Notes: generated by a model not told the origin, from the letters alone. A stretch of DNA of 63,990 bases from a virus (IMGVR_UViG_3300010158_000067:1-63990); one strand, 5' to 3'. Positions 50,327 through 60,489 are shown, counted from the first letter of the stretch. Made by a program: numbers and translations.

Positions 50327-51453
50327 ACAATGCCTCATAAAAGCCATTTGTACGCATTGTGAGGCGATTGTAGACCCTTATCTAGCGCTTTAGCCACTCT
50401 ACACCAATTGCATTACTAAGTGCCTTGCAACAGAGTAATTCGTTTCCGCCGCTATACGCTAAAACACATAAATCAATAATAAGATTCATTAGAATGAATA
50501 TAAGTTATAATAAAGTTAATAATAAGAGAGAATGGAAGGATAAGATATGGTATAATAAACAATAGAATGTGAAATAAGATTCACGAATTAAACTTCATGT
50601 ATTAGATTTTAATGTTTTAGATGAATTAAAAGTGATTGAAAAACAACAGCCCTCCCTATCTTTCTTTTCGTTCATTTACACTGTAAAATGCCCTGTGGAA
50701 CATTGTTCCACAAGCAAGTCCCGTGCCACAAAATAACCCAAAATATCCCAAAAAATTACTAGACACGGGCCAAATAAGCGTATATACTGGGACAAACTGT
50801 GGCTTGATATAGAACTAAATCGGCGCGAACCAAAAAGTTATTGCATGACGGCCAAATAAAGGCAACAAAAAAAACCCTGTTCGTTAGGGGTAGTTTTAAA
50901 CGCCCGTTTGTTTCGGGCTAATTCATTTTTGACTTTTAATATACTTTTCTTTTGATTCTTTTCTGAGAGCAATCATGCCGCCACTCATAGAGCGAGTCTT
51001 GATCAGAACGTAGTTAAAGAAATATATTGAGAACCAGTTTGACATTTAGTTTTGCGATCCTGAAACGCTTACAAGGCTACTTTAAAACTAGACGCTAACT
51101 GCATCTAATATATTATACACGCAAGAAAAAGAAATTCCAAAAAATTCCAAAAAATTACTAGCCGCGAACCAAATAAGCACTCCGAAAAGGGTGGGGTGGA
51201 TTTCGTCATGCTTCGCGGCCTTTCGTTTGCATTCGCACGATTTCATTTGTTTTCGTTAGATTAGATAAGATCTGGTTATATTTCGAGGAATCAAAAGTTA
51301 ACGTAAATGAAGCAAATAAAGAGTGAGGTGGTGTGTGCCAGGGGCACCCCTGGATCTAGCCGCATAGCAAGTCCCATGCCAAGAGGCATGGGATATTTTT
51401 TTGTTAAAAAGACGTTGACCACCGCATTTGTATCTGCTTTAATTATCACCGTT

Positions 51454-51744
51454 ATGGAAAACATCACTACATCCTCCACCATCACTGAAACCGCAACCAT
51501 CAAGCGTGGACGCGGGCGTCCCGCTGGCAGCAACAGCTTTGAAAATGTGCAGATCAAGCATCTGCTCAATTTCCTTTCTGAAGACGCGAGCATTCCCGTG
51601 TCCAAGATCTGGATGCGCGACACACTCGGTTGCATCATCGAAGCTCGCCCATTGCAGGTTATCAAGAACGATGACAGTGCAGATCATCATGAACTCGGAG
51701 AGAATGAAAAGGTTGAATACGCCTTTGAAACTTTCGAGGAATAG
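51454..51744 (+). CDS. Small AT-hook DNA-binding protein
   Basis: KRGRGRPAGS; likely start MENITT after the TTGACC promoter at 51415. Confidence 0.6.
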   Translation: MENITTSSTITETATIKRGRGRPAGSNSFENVQIKHLLNFLSEDASIPVSKIWMRDTLGCIIEARPLQVIKNDDSADHHELGENEKVEYAFETFEE

Positions 51745-51784
51745 TATTTGACTCTGGTTTTTAATTGCTGTATATTTATTGCTT

Positions 51785-52717
51785 ATGTTTGACAACCTCA
51801 TTGGACAACCCGAAATTAAAAGGCAATTAGAATTCTATTCTAATGCTTACCAGAAAACTTCAGTCGTACCCTTCCTGCTCCTCAACGGTGCTAAGGGTTT
51901 GGGTAAGACTGAGTTTCTGAAACAGTTCAGCAAGTCGCTGACTAATGTGGACGGCAAGCCGCGTCCCATGCTCGAACTCAACAGCTCTACAATCAAGAAC
52001 AATCAAATGTTCTTCGAGCAGATCTTCATGCCGATTGTGCAGGGTAACGAAGTAACTCTTTTCTTTGATGAGTGTCACGCACTCCCCAAGGATCTGGTGA
52101 TGGCTTTCCTGTCTATCACCAACACTGAGCGCACGCCTTTTAAGGAATTTAATTGGCGCGAGTATACTTTCCAGTTTGACTTCACAAAGATTTCTATGAT
52201 CTTTGCGACGACTGAGCTGGACAAGATGTTCCCTCCTCTCAAGGATCGTTTGACTGTGCTTGACTTCAAGCCATACAAAACAAATGAGTTGAGCGAAATC
52301 ATCAAGGGTCGCTTGAAGGATGTTGACTTCGAGGATGGTGTACTCGAAGACATCGCGAGCACCACTCGCGGCAATGCGCGTTCAGCAGTCAAGCGTGCGA
52401 AGGAGATCGAGATCTATTGCGAGACCAACAACTCGGCCACCTTCTTCAAGGAGGAGTGGACTAACCTTCGCCAGATACTTGGCATCAAACCTCTGGGTTT
52501 GTCAAACACTGAAATTCAAGTGCTCGATATTCTCAAGGAGCGCGGTCCATCTACCCTGCAGACTATCGCAGCAGTCACAGGTATGTCACGCACTGCGATC
52601 CAGCGTGACGCTGAGTTGTATCTGCTGCAACGCGGCCTGATGAAGATCAACGGCACTCGCGAAATTACCAAAGCTGGCATGGAAGTACTGTCTGAAGTAA
52701 CAGCGAAAGGTTTTTAA
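51785..52717 (+). CDS. ruvB: RuvB-like AAA+ ATPase (Holliday junction branch migration type)
   Basis: FDNLIGQ, GAKGLGKT, LFFDECH, IFATT...PLKDR, RGNARSA, LGI.PLGL, winged-helix tail E.YLLQRGL...GTREIT. Confidence 0.8.
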   Translation: MFDNLIGQPEIKRQLEFYSNAYQKTSVVPFLLLNGAKGLGKTEFLKQFSKSLTNVDGKPRPMLELNSSTIKNNQMFFEQIFMPIVQGNEVTLFFDECHALPKDLVMAFLSITNTERTPFKEFNWREYTFQFDFTKISMIFATTELDKMFPPLKDRLTVLDFKPYKTNELSEIIKGRLKDVDFEDGVLEDIASTTRGNARSAVKRAKEIEIYCETNNSATFFKEEWTNLRQILGIKPLGLSNTEIQVLDILKERGPSTLQTIAAVTGMSRTAIQRDAELYLLQRGLMKINGTREITKAGMEVLSEVTAKGF

Positions 52718-52767
52718 GAATGTGGGTTGGTGGTAAAGCCTCACTAATGTGAGGTCTGTGAAAACAG

Positions 52768-52799
52768 GAACCCTTGGCTCCGTGAGCCAAGGGTTTTTT
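52768..52799 (+). terminator. Intrinsic terminator after ruvB-like gene
   Basis: AACCCTTGGCTC-CGT-GAGCCAAGGGTTTTTT. Confidence 0.75.
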
Positions 52800-52982
52800 A
52801 TTATTTAAAAATAAACAAAAAGTTAACCAAATAAGGCTAAATAAAGAATATGCCAGGGGTGCCCCTGGCCCAAGCACGAAATCCCCCAACCCTTTCGGGT
52901 TGGGGGACTTATTGGGCGGGGAATTATTTTAATTTGTTTCTAACTAGACACGCGGAGAATACAAGGATCGCAATGATTAGAT

Positions 52983-53534
52983 TCATTTGATTCGAGACCA
53001 TACACCAGTTTCGAGGTTGACAACTTCGAGGTCTTCATGTACGGGGCGTAGAAGCTGACCGTGATGCCACTTGAAGGCTTGCTCTCTTGAAGTTGATGTT
53101 GGCACACCATTAAAATACTTAAAAATTCTGCCTGTGGTGGAGTTCCTGATGATGTGGGTCGCACCTCTTGGGATCATGGCAAACAAGTTGCCATCGTAGC
53201 ATCTTTCGGGTGGTCTGCCCAGCTTCATCATCCACCCTCTCCAGCAGGGAGAATGAGAAAGAACTTTCTTCTCTTCGTACTCCAGAGCGTGCGCCCATTC
53301 GTGGATGATGGTATCAGAGATCTTGTCAATGAAATTCGGAATCCGAATGTTCAGCGCAACGATTCGATTAGAAAGCTCTATGTATTTAGAACCTTTCTTA
53401 ATCACGCACCTACCCATAGCATTTGTCAAGCGGTGATTCCAACGGAATGTCCAGCCTTTTAGCTGCGGATACTTCGCTATGATTTCGTGACTGAGTGAAG
53501 CGTACCTTTCAATAACTTGAGCAATGGTGGTCAT
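52983..53534 (-). CDS. SprT-like zinc metalloprotease
   Basis: MGRC...IELS...TIIHEWAHAL...H...W. Confidence 0.8.
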   Translation of the reverse strand: MTTIAQVIERYASLSHEIIAKYPQLKGWTFRWNHRLTNAMGRCVIKKGSKYIELSNRIVALNIRIPNFIDKISDTIIHEWAHALEYEEKKVLSHSPCWRGWMMKLGRPPERCYDGNLFAMIPRGATHIIRNSTTGRIFKYFNGVPTSTSREQAFKWHHGQLLRPVHEDLEVVNLETGVWSRIK

Positions 53535-53539
53535 ATGTT

Positions 53540-53936
53540 TTAGTCTTCGTCTCTAAACATAACCTCATCTTCGATCCAGTCAATCATATTCAGCAGACCA
53601 TCCATACATTCGCGGCCTTCATCTGTCCATTCAATGCACTTGTCATCCAGAAGGTGATACAAGAATTGTTTTTGTTTGGATAGAAGTTCGGGGCAAACAG
53701 TGATTGCGACATCATGTATTATTTTCATATTAGCAAACTATATTGTGCGCATCATTGTAGCAAGCCGTACCCTCTTCGTCAATCTCAAAAGACTCATCTA
53801 GGTAATGTTCGTTACCCTCATTATTCACGGACGCTTCCAATGCAAGTTCCTTTGCTGCTTCCAACGATTCGGCTTGAACATTGATGGTTCCGTATGTGGT
53901 GTATTGATAAGCAATTTTATATGTTTTCATAATCAA
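53540..53936 (-). CDS. Two small hypothetical ORFs (53540-53728, 53730-53936)
   Basis: Abutting ORFs; second has VQAESLEAAKELA, common in small phage proteins. Confidence 0.6.
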
Positions 53937-53946
53937 TTAAAAGAAG

Positions 53947-54018
53947 TGGTTCTAGCTGGATTCGAACCAGCAATAATTCTTTAGAAGAGAACTGTGATAT
54001 CCCTTTCACCATAGAACC
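53947..54018 (-). tRNA. tRNA-Arg(TCT), no encoded CCA
   Basis: GGTTCTA/TAGAACC, GTTCT-CTTCTAA-AGAAT, GCTGG-TTCGAAT-CCAGC. Confidence 0.88.
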
Positions 54019-54256
54019 ATTGTTCGCTTATGACAATATCAGATCCTATAGGACAGTCAACCAGAAACTTGAAAAGTTTCTGGAGTGGTGCGTAATAATA
54101 GAGCTTGACCAGGGGCACCCCTGGTTGTAGGCAACAAAAAACCTCTGTCCCACAGGGACAGAGGTTCCTCTACTCGGCTCACATTCCTTTCGAGCTACCA
54201 GACATAGGCAGTTTGCCAGCACCTCTCGCTTTTTATCTGAGCGAGATTAAAAAAAA

Positions 54257-54331
54257 TGGTGGATAGGGAGGGACTCGAACCTTCAACCAACGCCTTAAAA
54301 GGGCGCTGCTCTACCATTGAGCTACCTATCC
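54257..54331 (-). tRNA. tRNA-Lys(TTT)
   Basis: GGATAGG/CCTATCC, GCGCC-CTTTTAA-GGCGT, ACCA end. Confidence 0.92.
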
Positions 54332-54397
54332 TTTTGCCAGAGCCTCACCCCGCACAAGCGGGGGAGGATGGATGACAACAAACCACCAACACCGAAA

Positions 54398-54688
54398 TCA
54401 TCTTGCGGACTCGAAGCAGTGCCCAGAGTGGGCATCTAGGTAGCGCCGCAAAGAACCAATGTTTGTCCATTGCACCTGCCTCTGCGCTCTTGCTTTGAGC
54501 CAAGCCTCATCCCCAAGTGGGTAGTAATCGCGAGAATGAAAATCTATTTCTTGAAACGCATCTTCAAACTTCTGAAGCGCTTTCAACGCTTCAAAGTATT
54601 GATGACCCAACTTAGAACCATCATTCCCATTCATGTGAATGAGGGGAAGTATCATTTCAAGATTTTGTTCTGCAATGTATGTTTTCAT
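54398..54688 (-). CDS. Hypothetical phage protein
   Basis: PLIHMNG...HSRDYYP. Confidence 0.65.
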   Translation of the reverse strand: MKTYIAEQNLEMILPLIHMNGNDGSKLGHQYFEALKALQKFEDAFQEIDFHSRDYYPLGDEAWLKARAQRQVQWTNIGSLRRYLDAHSGHCFESAR

Positions 54689-54726
54689 GTTTTTATGTTT
54701 TTATGTTTTTATGTTTTTATGTTTTT
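54687..54726. repeat. Microsatellite (ATGTTTTT)x5
   Basis: Five perfect 8-bp units. Confidence 0.95.
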
Positions 54727-54791
54727 AACTAATTGAAATTGGTAGCTAGGGCGGGACTCGAACCCGCACGCTCTAAAGAGCATCAGATTTT

Positions 54792-55524
54792 CTTACTACT
54801 ATAGCTTTCGCTATCCTTGCGTTGTAGTCTGGACTATATCATCACCTTTGTCAAGAGGTGTCTCGTCTTTAGTCTCTGAACCTTCTCCATTTAAGGAGCT
54901 TGGCTGCTGATTGACCAATTCACTCAATTTTTTAACTTTCGCATTCGTCATTTCTAACCATGCTGTAGTTTGAGAGACTCTAAGGTTATCCCAGCAGTTT
55001 ACGAGATTCTCATTCTGGGATTTCTCCCAGATGACTCGCTGACCTCGCAAAAATTTATGTAATTTTCCATGAGCTTGCCTAGTTATCAACATTAAGTTAT
55101 CTAAATCATTATTAAGTGGATTTTCATCTATATGATGAATAACTTCATTATAAGATAATTTTCTACCTAATAGCTTTTCAGCTAAAACTCTATGTTTATT
55201 TCTAGATGTTTTCGAATCAAAAGAATATTTATTTTTTTCAAAACCTGTTTTGAAACTTTCTTTGTAGCATGAAGGGCAAAGAATTTGTTGCTTTCTCCAC
55301 GCCTTAAAAGAAGATTTGCAGGCTTCGCATTCCGCTGGAAGAAATCGTCTACCTAATTTTTCATAACGATCTTTAGATTTTTTCTTAGCTAAAGAAAGAT
55401 GACAAGTTTTGCAAACTCTTCTTCCTATTTCTCTTGGGCCGCTACATGAAATACATATTAGTTTATCCATGTCTTATATTACACTGAAAGACACAGATAT
55501 TCTATTTTATTTTTGCGAAAAGGC
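54792..55524 (-). mobile_element. Group I self-splicing intron (733 nt) with homing endonuclease ORF
   Basis: Exon ends in U, intron ends in G; core elements AACTGCTGGG (P), AATCAGCAG (Q), TTCAGAGACTA (R), GATATAGTCC (S). Confidence 0.88.
54811..55470 (-). CDS. Intron-encoded HNH homing endonuclease
   Basis: CxxC fingers; HRVLAE...VIHHIDENPLNNDLDNL...H...H. Confidence 0.88.
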   Translation of the reverse strand: MDKLICISCSGPREIGRRVCKTCHLSLAKKKSKDRYEKLGRRFLPAECEACKSSFKAWRKQQILCPSCYKESFKTGFEKNKYSFDSKTSRNKHRVLAEKLLGRKLSYNEVIHHIDENPLNNDLDNLMLITRQAHGKLHKFLRGQRVIWEKSQNENLVNCWDNLRVSQTTAWLEMTNAKVKKLSELVNQQPSSLNGEGSETKDETPLDKGDDIVQTTTQG

Positions 55525-55619
55525 AAGTCTGATGTGTCTGCCATTTCACCACCTAGCCATTGTTGTTAAAGAACTCTGAGTGATACTAACAGACATTCAC
55601 TCTATGTCAACCGAAAAAG

Positions 55620-55695
55620 TGGTGCGCCAAGTTGGGATTGAACCAACGACCAAGGAATTATGAGTTCCCTGCTCTGACCACTGAGCTATTGGCGC
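55620..55695 (-). tRNA. tRNA(CAT), probably Ile2 (lysidine) rather than Met
   Basis: GCGCCAA/TTGGCGC, GGGAA-CTCATAA-TTCCT; D and variable regions resemble ileX-type tRNAs. Confidence 0.85.
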
Positions 55696-55991
55696 GGGAA
55701 AGTTAGAATGTTATCTGGATTCTCCTCATCTACAGAATACCCTAACTCAGTTAGGGCTTTGAGGCAAGCATTTTCATACCATCCTTCGAAGAAATTAAAT
55801 ACCAAAGAATTATCGCTCGAATCAATCAACGAAAACTCTCTGATTTCATCTCCGTCCGTAAGAATAGGAGTTCCATCAGAATAAGTCAAATAGAATCCCA
55901 AATGATTGAGAGCTTGCTCGAAAGCTTCACGCGGATTCAGATCCACCAGTTCGGTGGTGTTTTCCGTTTCGTTTGTGATCGTGTAGGTCAT
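55686..55991 (-). CDS. Hypothetical protein with internal repeat
   Basis: AFEQALNHLGF / ACLKALTELGY; stop lies in the first nucleotides of the tRNA. Confidence 0.6.
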   Translation of the reverse strand: MTYTITNETENTTELVDLNPREAFEQALNHLGFYLTYSDGTPILTDGDEIREFSLIDSSDNSLVFNFFEGWYENACLKALTELGYSVDEENPDNILTFPRQ

Positions 55992-56193
55992 GGGTTCAAT
56001 CTAACACAGAATAAGGAGGACACAACACAAATCTTCACATTTTGTGAAGATTTATAAAGATTAATTAAATAGCTCGTAATAAGGGACTTAGCGGCCAGGG
56101 GTGCCCCTGGGGCAAAAAAAATGCAGGCCGCGCATGGCGCAGCCTGCATTGGGGGGAGAAGCGGCGGGCCGTAACCCGCCGCCCCCATGGGAC

Positions 56194-56961
56194 TTACTCA
56201 GCTCCCACAAGTTCCGAAACGTCAACGGCTTCCACCTCAATGACAGAGGCATGGCCCGCCCGCGTATCAAAGAGACTTTGCATAACCATCGTCCGCGCAG
56301 GGAGTTTCGTCAGGTCTGAACCTTTGAGGTTCTCGGTGACGGAGTTGTACAGGTTCCACAAGGTGGGGCTGTTGAACTCTGGGTGACGCGGAGCTTTGAA
56401 CTCCTGAGTGACGGCGAACACATCGCGAGCAGGAAGTGCCTTGCTCTCAGCAAGTTGCACAGCGAGGGCGCACGCATCATTGAATCCGATCTCGGTCTGT
56501 TGGTAGCGGCTGATCCGCGTTTCCATGTCCGTCCAGTGCGAGAGCAAACGCCCGATAGCTTCAGACAACACACGAGGAATGTCGCGGAGAATGTTTGTCG
56601 TGTGACGGCGAGCGAGCTTGATGTCTGACGAGAAACAGAGATTCTCGCAAACGATCATGCGGTTCCCTACACAAATGGAAGCGGCGAACGTGCGATCATG
56701 CGAGTTGCGCAATCCCAGAACCAGCTTGCGCTCATCCGAATTGATATCGGGGCCAGTGATCTGGAACCCGCCGAAGTAGCGCTGACCGAAACGGCCCAGA
56801 GCGTGCTTCTCTTCGCTGACGGCGTAGCCCGCACGATCCAACGCTTCGAGCGTCTGATCGACCAGAAAGGAATGTGCGATTGGGGTGAAAGACTCAGTCG
56901 CATCAGGCGTGCGGACGGTTGCGAGTTCTTCACGAGTGACGAGGTTTTTTGCAATGATCAT
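56194..56961 (-). CDS. DUF932-like phage/plasmid protein
   Basis: LGLRNSHD...VGNRMIVCENL...RHT...TLWNLYNSVTE. Confidence 0.7.
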   Translation of the reverse strand: MIIAKNLVTREELATVRTPDATESFTPIAHSFLVDQTLEALDRAGYAVSEEKHALGRFGQRYFGGFQITGPDINSDERKLVLGLRNSHDRTFAASICVGNRMIVCENLCFSSDIKLARRHTTNILRDIPRVLSEAIGRLLSHWTDMETRISRYQQTEIGFNDACALAVQLAESKALPARDVFAVTQEFKAPRHPEFNSPTLWNLYNSVTENLKGSDLTKLPARTMVMQSLFDTRAGHASVIEVEAVDVSELVGAE

Positions 56962-57233
56962 TTGATTTGGATGGTTGATGGTTTGAACTAACGAGAACAA
57001 CAATACCACATGCAAAGCGGGTTTCAACACTTTCTTTTGATTTCGTTCATCTTTTTCAATACAAGAACCATGCCAAGCGAAAAATTATTTTTCGCTTGCG
57101 TAATAACGCTTGACAGCCACAGGCCAGGGGTGCCCCTGGGGTTAAACGGGAAAACCCCGCTTTCGCGGGGTTTTGTCCTATCTATCTCTGGAGTAGAGCA
57201 TTGCGCACACCACTAACACGCTGATTAGCAGCA

Positions 57234-57935
57234 TCATACATGAATCACAAACCCAGATTGATCTTGGCGGGCTGGACCTTTTGCACGAAGGCCAACAATC
57301 ACACCTTTGTCATCGAGGAAGCGGAGGTCGTGCTTGTCTCCGTCAACAACTTTCTTTCCTTTATATTCTGAGGGAAGGTCGAAACCTTTCTTTGTGGAGA
57401 ATACGGCGGCAACATTATGCCCAGCGTTCAACGCCAATGCACAGTGAACATGATTGAGTGCAGTCTCACTTCGTGAGAAGGTCAAGTTATAATTGGGAAT
57501 CCCGTGAGATAAACGGGAAAAGCTTTTTGTGTAGTCATAGAATTGTACGCTGGGGAATTGCTGAAATACCGTTTTGCCATTATGTTTGATGCGTTCCCAT
57601 TTCACATCTGAAGTAAGATTGAGTCGAAACACGGGAAGCAGGCTTTTCTTTGCACAGTATTTGATTGCCTTTTCGATTTCAGAAAACAGGTTTTCCATGA
57701 AAGCTGGAATGTTCGCGAAGAATTCTTTTGTTTTCTTTATTCTTGCTTCCTTCACCATGTCTTGCTGGCCGCGTCCAGCAAAATCCAAGCAAGACGCTTT
57801 GCAACCTTCGCTTGCATCGGCGCAAACGTCGAAGCCGCTCAGGTCGCTATGCGCGAAGTGTATGCCATAGGTCATATAACCCATTGCAAGGGATTTCAGT
57901 GTTTTATCGTTCGAGGTGGTCAAGATTGTCTGCAT
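57234..57935 (-). CDS. GP88-like Cys-cluster protein
   Basis: VC..AS.GC...CL..AGRG, FRLNLTSD, QFYDYTK, DGD.HDLRFLD, GLRAKG; start MQTIL after a leaderless promoter. Confidence 0.7.
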   Translation of the reverse strand: MQTILTTSNDKTLKSLAMGYMTYGIHFAHSDLSGFDVCADASEGCKASCLDFAGRGQQDMVKEARIKKTKEFFANIPAFMENLFSEIEKAIKYCAKKSLLPVFRLNLTSDVKWERIKHNGKTVFQQFPSVQFYDYTKSFSRLSHGIPNYNLTFSRSETALNHVHCALALNAGHNVAAVFSTKKGFDLPSEYKGKKVVDGDKHDLRFLDDKGVIVGLRAKGPARQDQSGFVIHV

Positions 57936-58080
57936 GTGAAAGAGAATAGCAAAACAACAGAGAAGCGCAACATAAAAAGGAATAAAAAAACAAACATTAC
58001 GCACTTTGTGCGTAATAGGCATAATGGCGGCCAGGGGTGCCCCTGGCACCACAACCCTTTCGGGCTGTGGGGTTTAGGGT

Positions 58081-58528
58081 TTAGAACCTTTCGTTTTGAT
58101 CTGCGCAGTGGTTGCAGATCACATAAGACCTACGAATAAAAACCCTTTCTTCGCACTGCTTGCAGGTTTTCCATTCACTGTCTTTCTGCATCTGATGGTA
58201 GAACTCAATGTCCTCCTGATCGTTGATTTCGTAGTGACCGAAGTTGTCGTCGTAGAATGATGCCATATTTATTTATTTTTAATTACCAAACTGTTGATTC
58301 AATTTCCTGCGCGTGTTCAGTGCGGATCTTAGCAATAAACGCGAAATGCTCAAGAGCTTTTTCGGTTGTTACGATTCCCTCTTTCGAGAGTTCATGATAA
58401 ATTTCCTTTCGAGTCCAACACTCGACAATCTCAGACCAACCATAAGAGAGATTATATGATGCATTTGCATGGATCTGCACAGCGTCAACAAGGTTCAATA
58501 GCAAGCGGGTTTCGTCAAGTGGATTCAT
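58081..58528 (-). CDS. Two small ORFs: 58283-58528 (MNPLD) and 58081-58266 (zinc ribbon)
   Basis: One cassette; CKQC...CNHC in the second. Confidence 0.6.
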
Positions 58529-58680
58529 TGGACTTTTATTAAAGCATGAGAGTAGCAAGAAAGCAAATAAAAAAAGACAAATATTACGCATCTTATGCGT
58601 AATAGACATGATGCGGCCAGGGGTGGCCCTGGCCATTACGCCCCACAACCCTTTCGGGTTGTGGGGGTTAGGCTTACTCT

Positions 58681-59134
58681 CTACAATCCCACGCTTGTCA
58701 CTTGACAGTTCTTTGCTTTCACTTCCCTGATATTCTCAAGATACAAAGTGCGATAGCCAGCGTTTGTTCTGTCGCCATTCTTGCTGACGGCATAGAGCGT
58801 GACGGTCCCCTTGGGCGCATAATTCGTGCCACCCTTGAGATTCTTCTTGACTCCCGTGCGCACAACGTACCTGCTAACATCACCCAGCTTGTTCCTGTAA
58901 AGAACAGAAAAGAACTTGCCTTTGGTCGATTCGATGATTTGTTGTTTTGTGGTGTTCATATTATTCTGCTTTGATGTCTCTGAAATTGATTTCCCAGTCT
59001 GGCACAAACAAGAAAGTTTGTCCAGTTGGTCTTTCGTATACTGCCATGCAGCCGTTATCTTTTGCGATAATCGCGATATCATATTTTTCAAGTAGAGCTT
59101 TGAACTCCGTGAGGAACTGCTGTTTCGTATCCAT
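58681..59134 (-). CDS. Two small ORFs: 58961-59134 (MDTKQQ) and 58681-58959 (MNTTKQQ, SH3/WYL-like beta pattern)
   Basis: One cassette; GKFFSVLY..K.G..R...RTGV...GYRTL. Confidence 0.6.
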
Positions 59135-59284
59135 GTGAGAATCATAGCAAAACGAAGGAGCGATGCAATAAAAAAGAATAAAAAAACAAACATTACGCAC
59201 TTTGTGCGTAATAGGCATAATGCGGGCCAGGGGCGGCCCTGGCCCCACAACCCTTTCGGGCTGTGGGGGTTGCCTATTTGCACT

Positions 59285-59682
59285 CTACAGGACTACACCC
59301 TTAGGTACAAACAACCTCCCTGAGTAAAGATGCTCTTCAGCGTCTTCATCCCAGTTGAAAAGCTCGTACGAGCCACTTGGGTGCGGCTGCGTCACATAAT
59401 TATCTGAAAGCATCAAATCTTCCAGCCGATTGCTGAAAACAGGAACCATGCCATGCTCGAAGTAAGCATAGATGTTTTCACTGAAGAGGCAATCATTCCA
59501 CTCGATCATTATCGTTTCGTTTTTGGTTTTGGTCATATAAGCAAGTTAGCTGATGTTCGCGGTTAGTCAATCATTTTAATGATTATTTCTTGGATTAGCG
59601 TAGCTAATCCAACGATGCCCAGCGATAAGAAGCCAGCGCATAGGAAGCTGAGGATGAGTTCGAAGCCAGTAAGCAATGCCAT
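59285..59682 (-). CDS. Two small ORFs: 59563-59682 (39-aa membrane peptide) and 59285-59536
   Basis: One cassette; peptide read by hand after a TATAGT -10 box. Confidence 0.5.
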
Positions 59683-59827
59683 ATTTGAACTATACACCCA
59701 ACAGAGCAAGAATCAATTAAAAAGACAAATATTACGCACTTTGTGCGTAATAGCCATGATGCGGCCAGGGGCACCCCTGGGGGGTTCGCCCCACAACCCT
59801 TTCGGGTTGTGGGACTTAGCTTTGTCT

Positions 59828-60302
59828 TTACTTTGTTTGCTTGATGCCTGCCTCGATGAGCATCTCATCGAACTGACTGAGCACCTTGATCTTCGATCCC
59901 TTCAGGGCGAATTCCTTCTTGATCTGGGCGTATGCGGAGCACCCCTTGATGGGATAGATGCCTTTGGTTTCGAGCTTCAGAGCGCTCGCCAGCATCAGGA
60001 GGCGATAAGCGGAGATTGCTTCTGGTGTGTTGAATGTCATATTAGAGCTTGTGAATGTTGATGCCGTTTGCGTTGCAATAGTCAAGAGCTTTTGCAATGT
60101 CTTCTGCCGTTTCCAAGAAGTAGGTCGTGTGACCTTCCTGAAGCGGGTGTTCGATGTTCAATGTCAAGCGGGCTTCGCCGTCTGGCAGCTTGAACGATGC
60201 TGCACTAATTACCTTGCGGTAACTGGTGTCAACAGTCACCTTGCTGTTGATCGGATTGCGGACGTAGGTGGTGCTGAAGCTGGGATGTAGTGTCAATTTC
60301 AT
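59828..60302 (-). CDS. Two small ORFs: 60042-60302 and 59828-60040 (MTFNT)
   Basis: One cassette; ALKLETKG...SAYAQIKKEF. Confidence 0.6.
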
Positions 60303-60489
60303 TGCTTAGGTAAGATACCACATCTGCTCTGGTATGCAATGGCAAAAAGCATTTTTAATCAAAATAAATTACCACACACAAACCCTTGAGCAACAAGGGT
60401 TTACGCAGACGCAGTTCCAGGGGTGCCCCTGGCCATGTGGGCAACAAAAAACCCCGCCGCGAGGCGGGGTTTTTGCTTGACTTGGTCAA

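Larger units (their letters stand above)
54740..55558 (-). tRNA. tRNA-Leu(TAA) split by an intron; exons 55558-55525 and 54791-54740
   Basis: Joined exons give GGCTAGG...TCAGA-CTT|AAAA-TCTGA, a variable arm, GCGGG-TTCGAGT-CCCGC, CCTAGCT-ACCA (86 nt). Confidence 0.9.
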
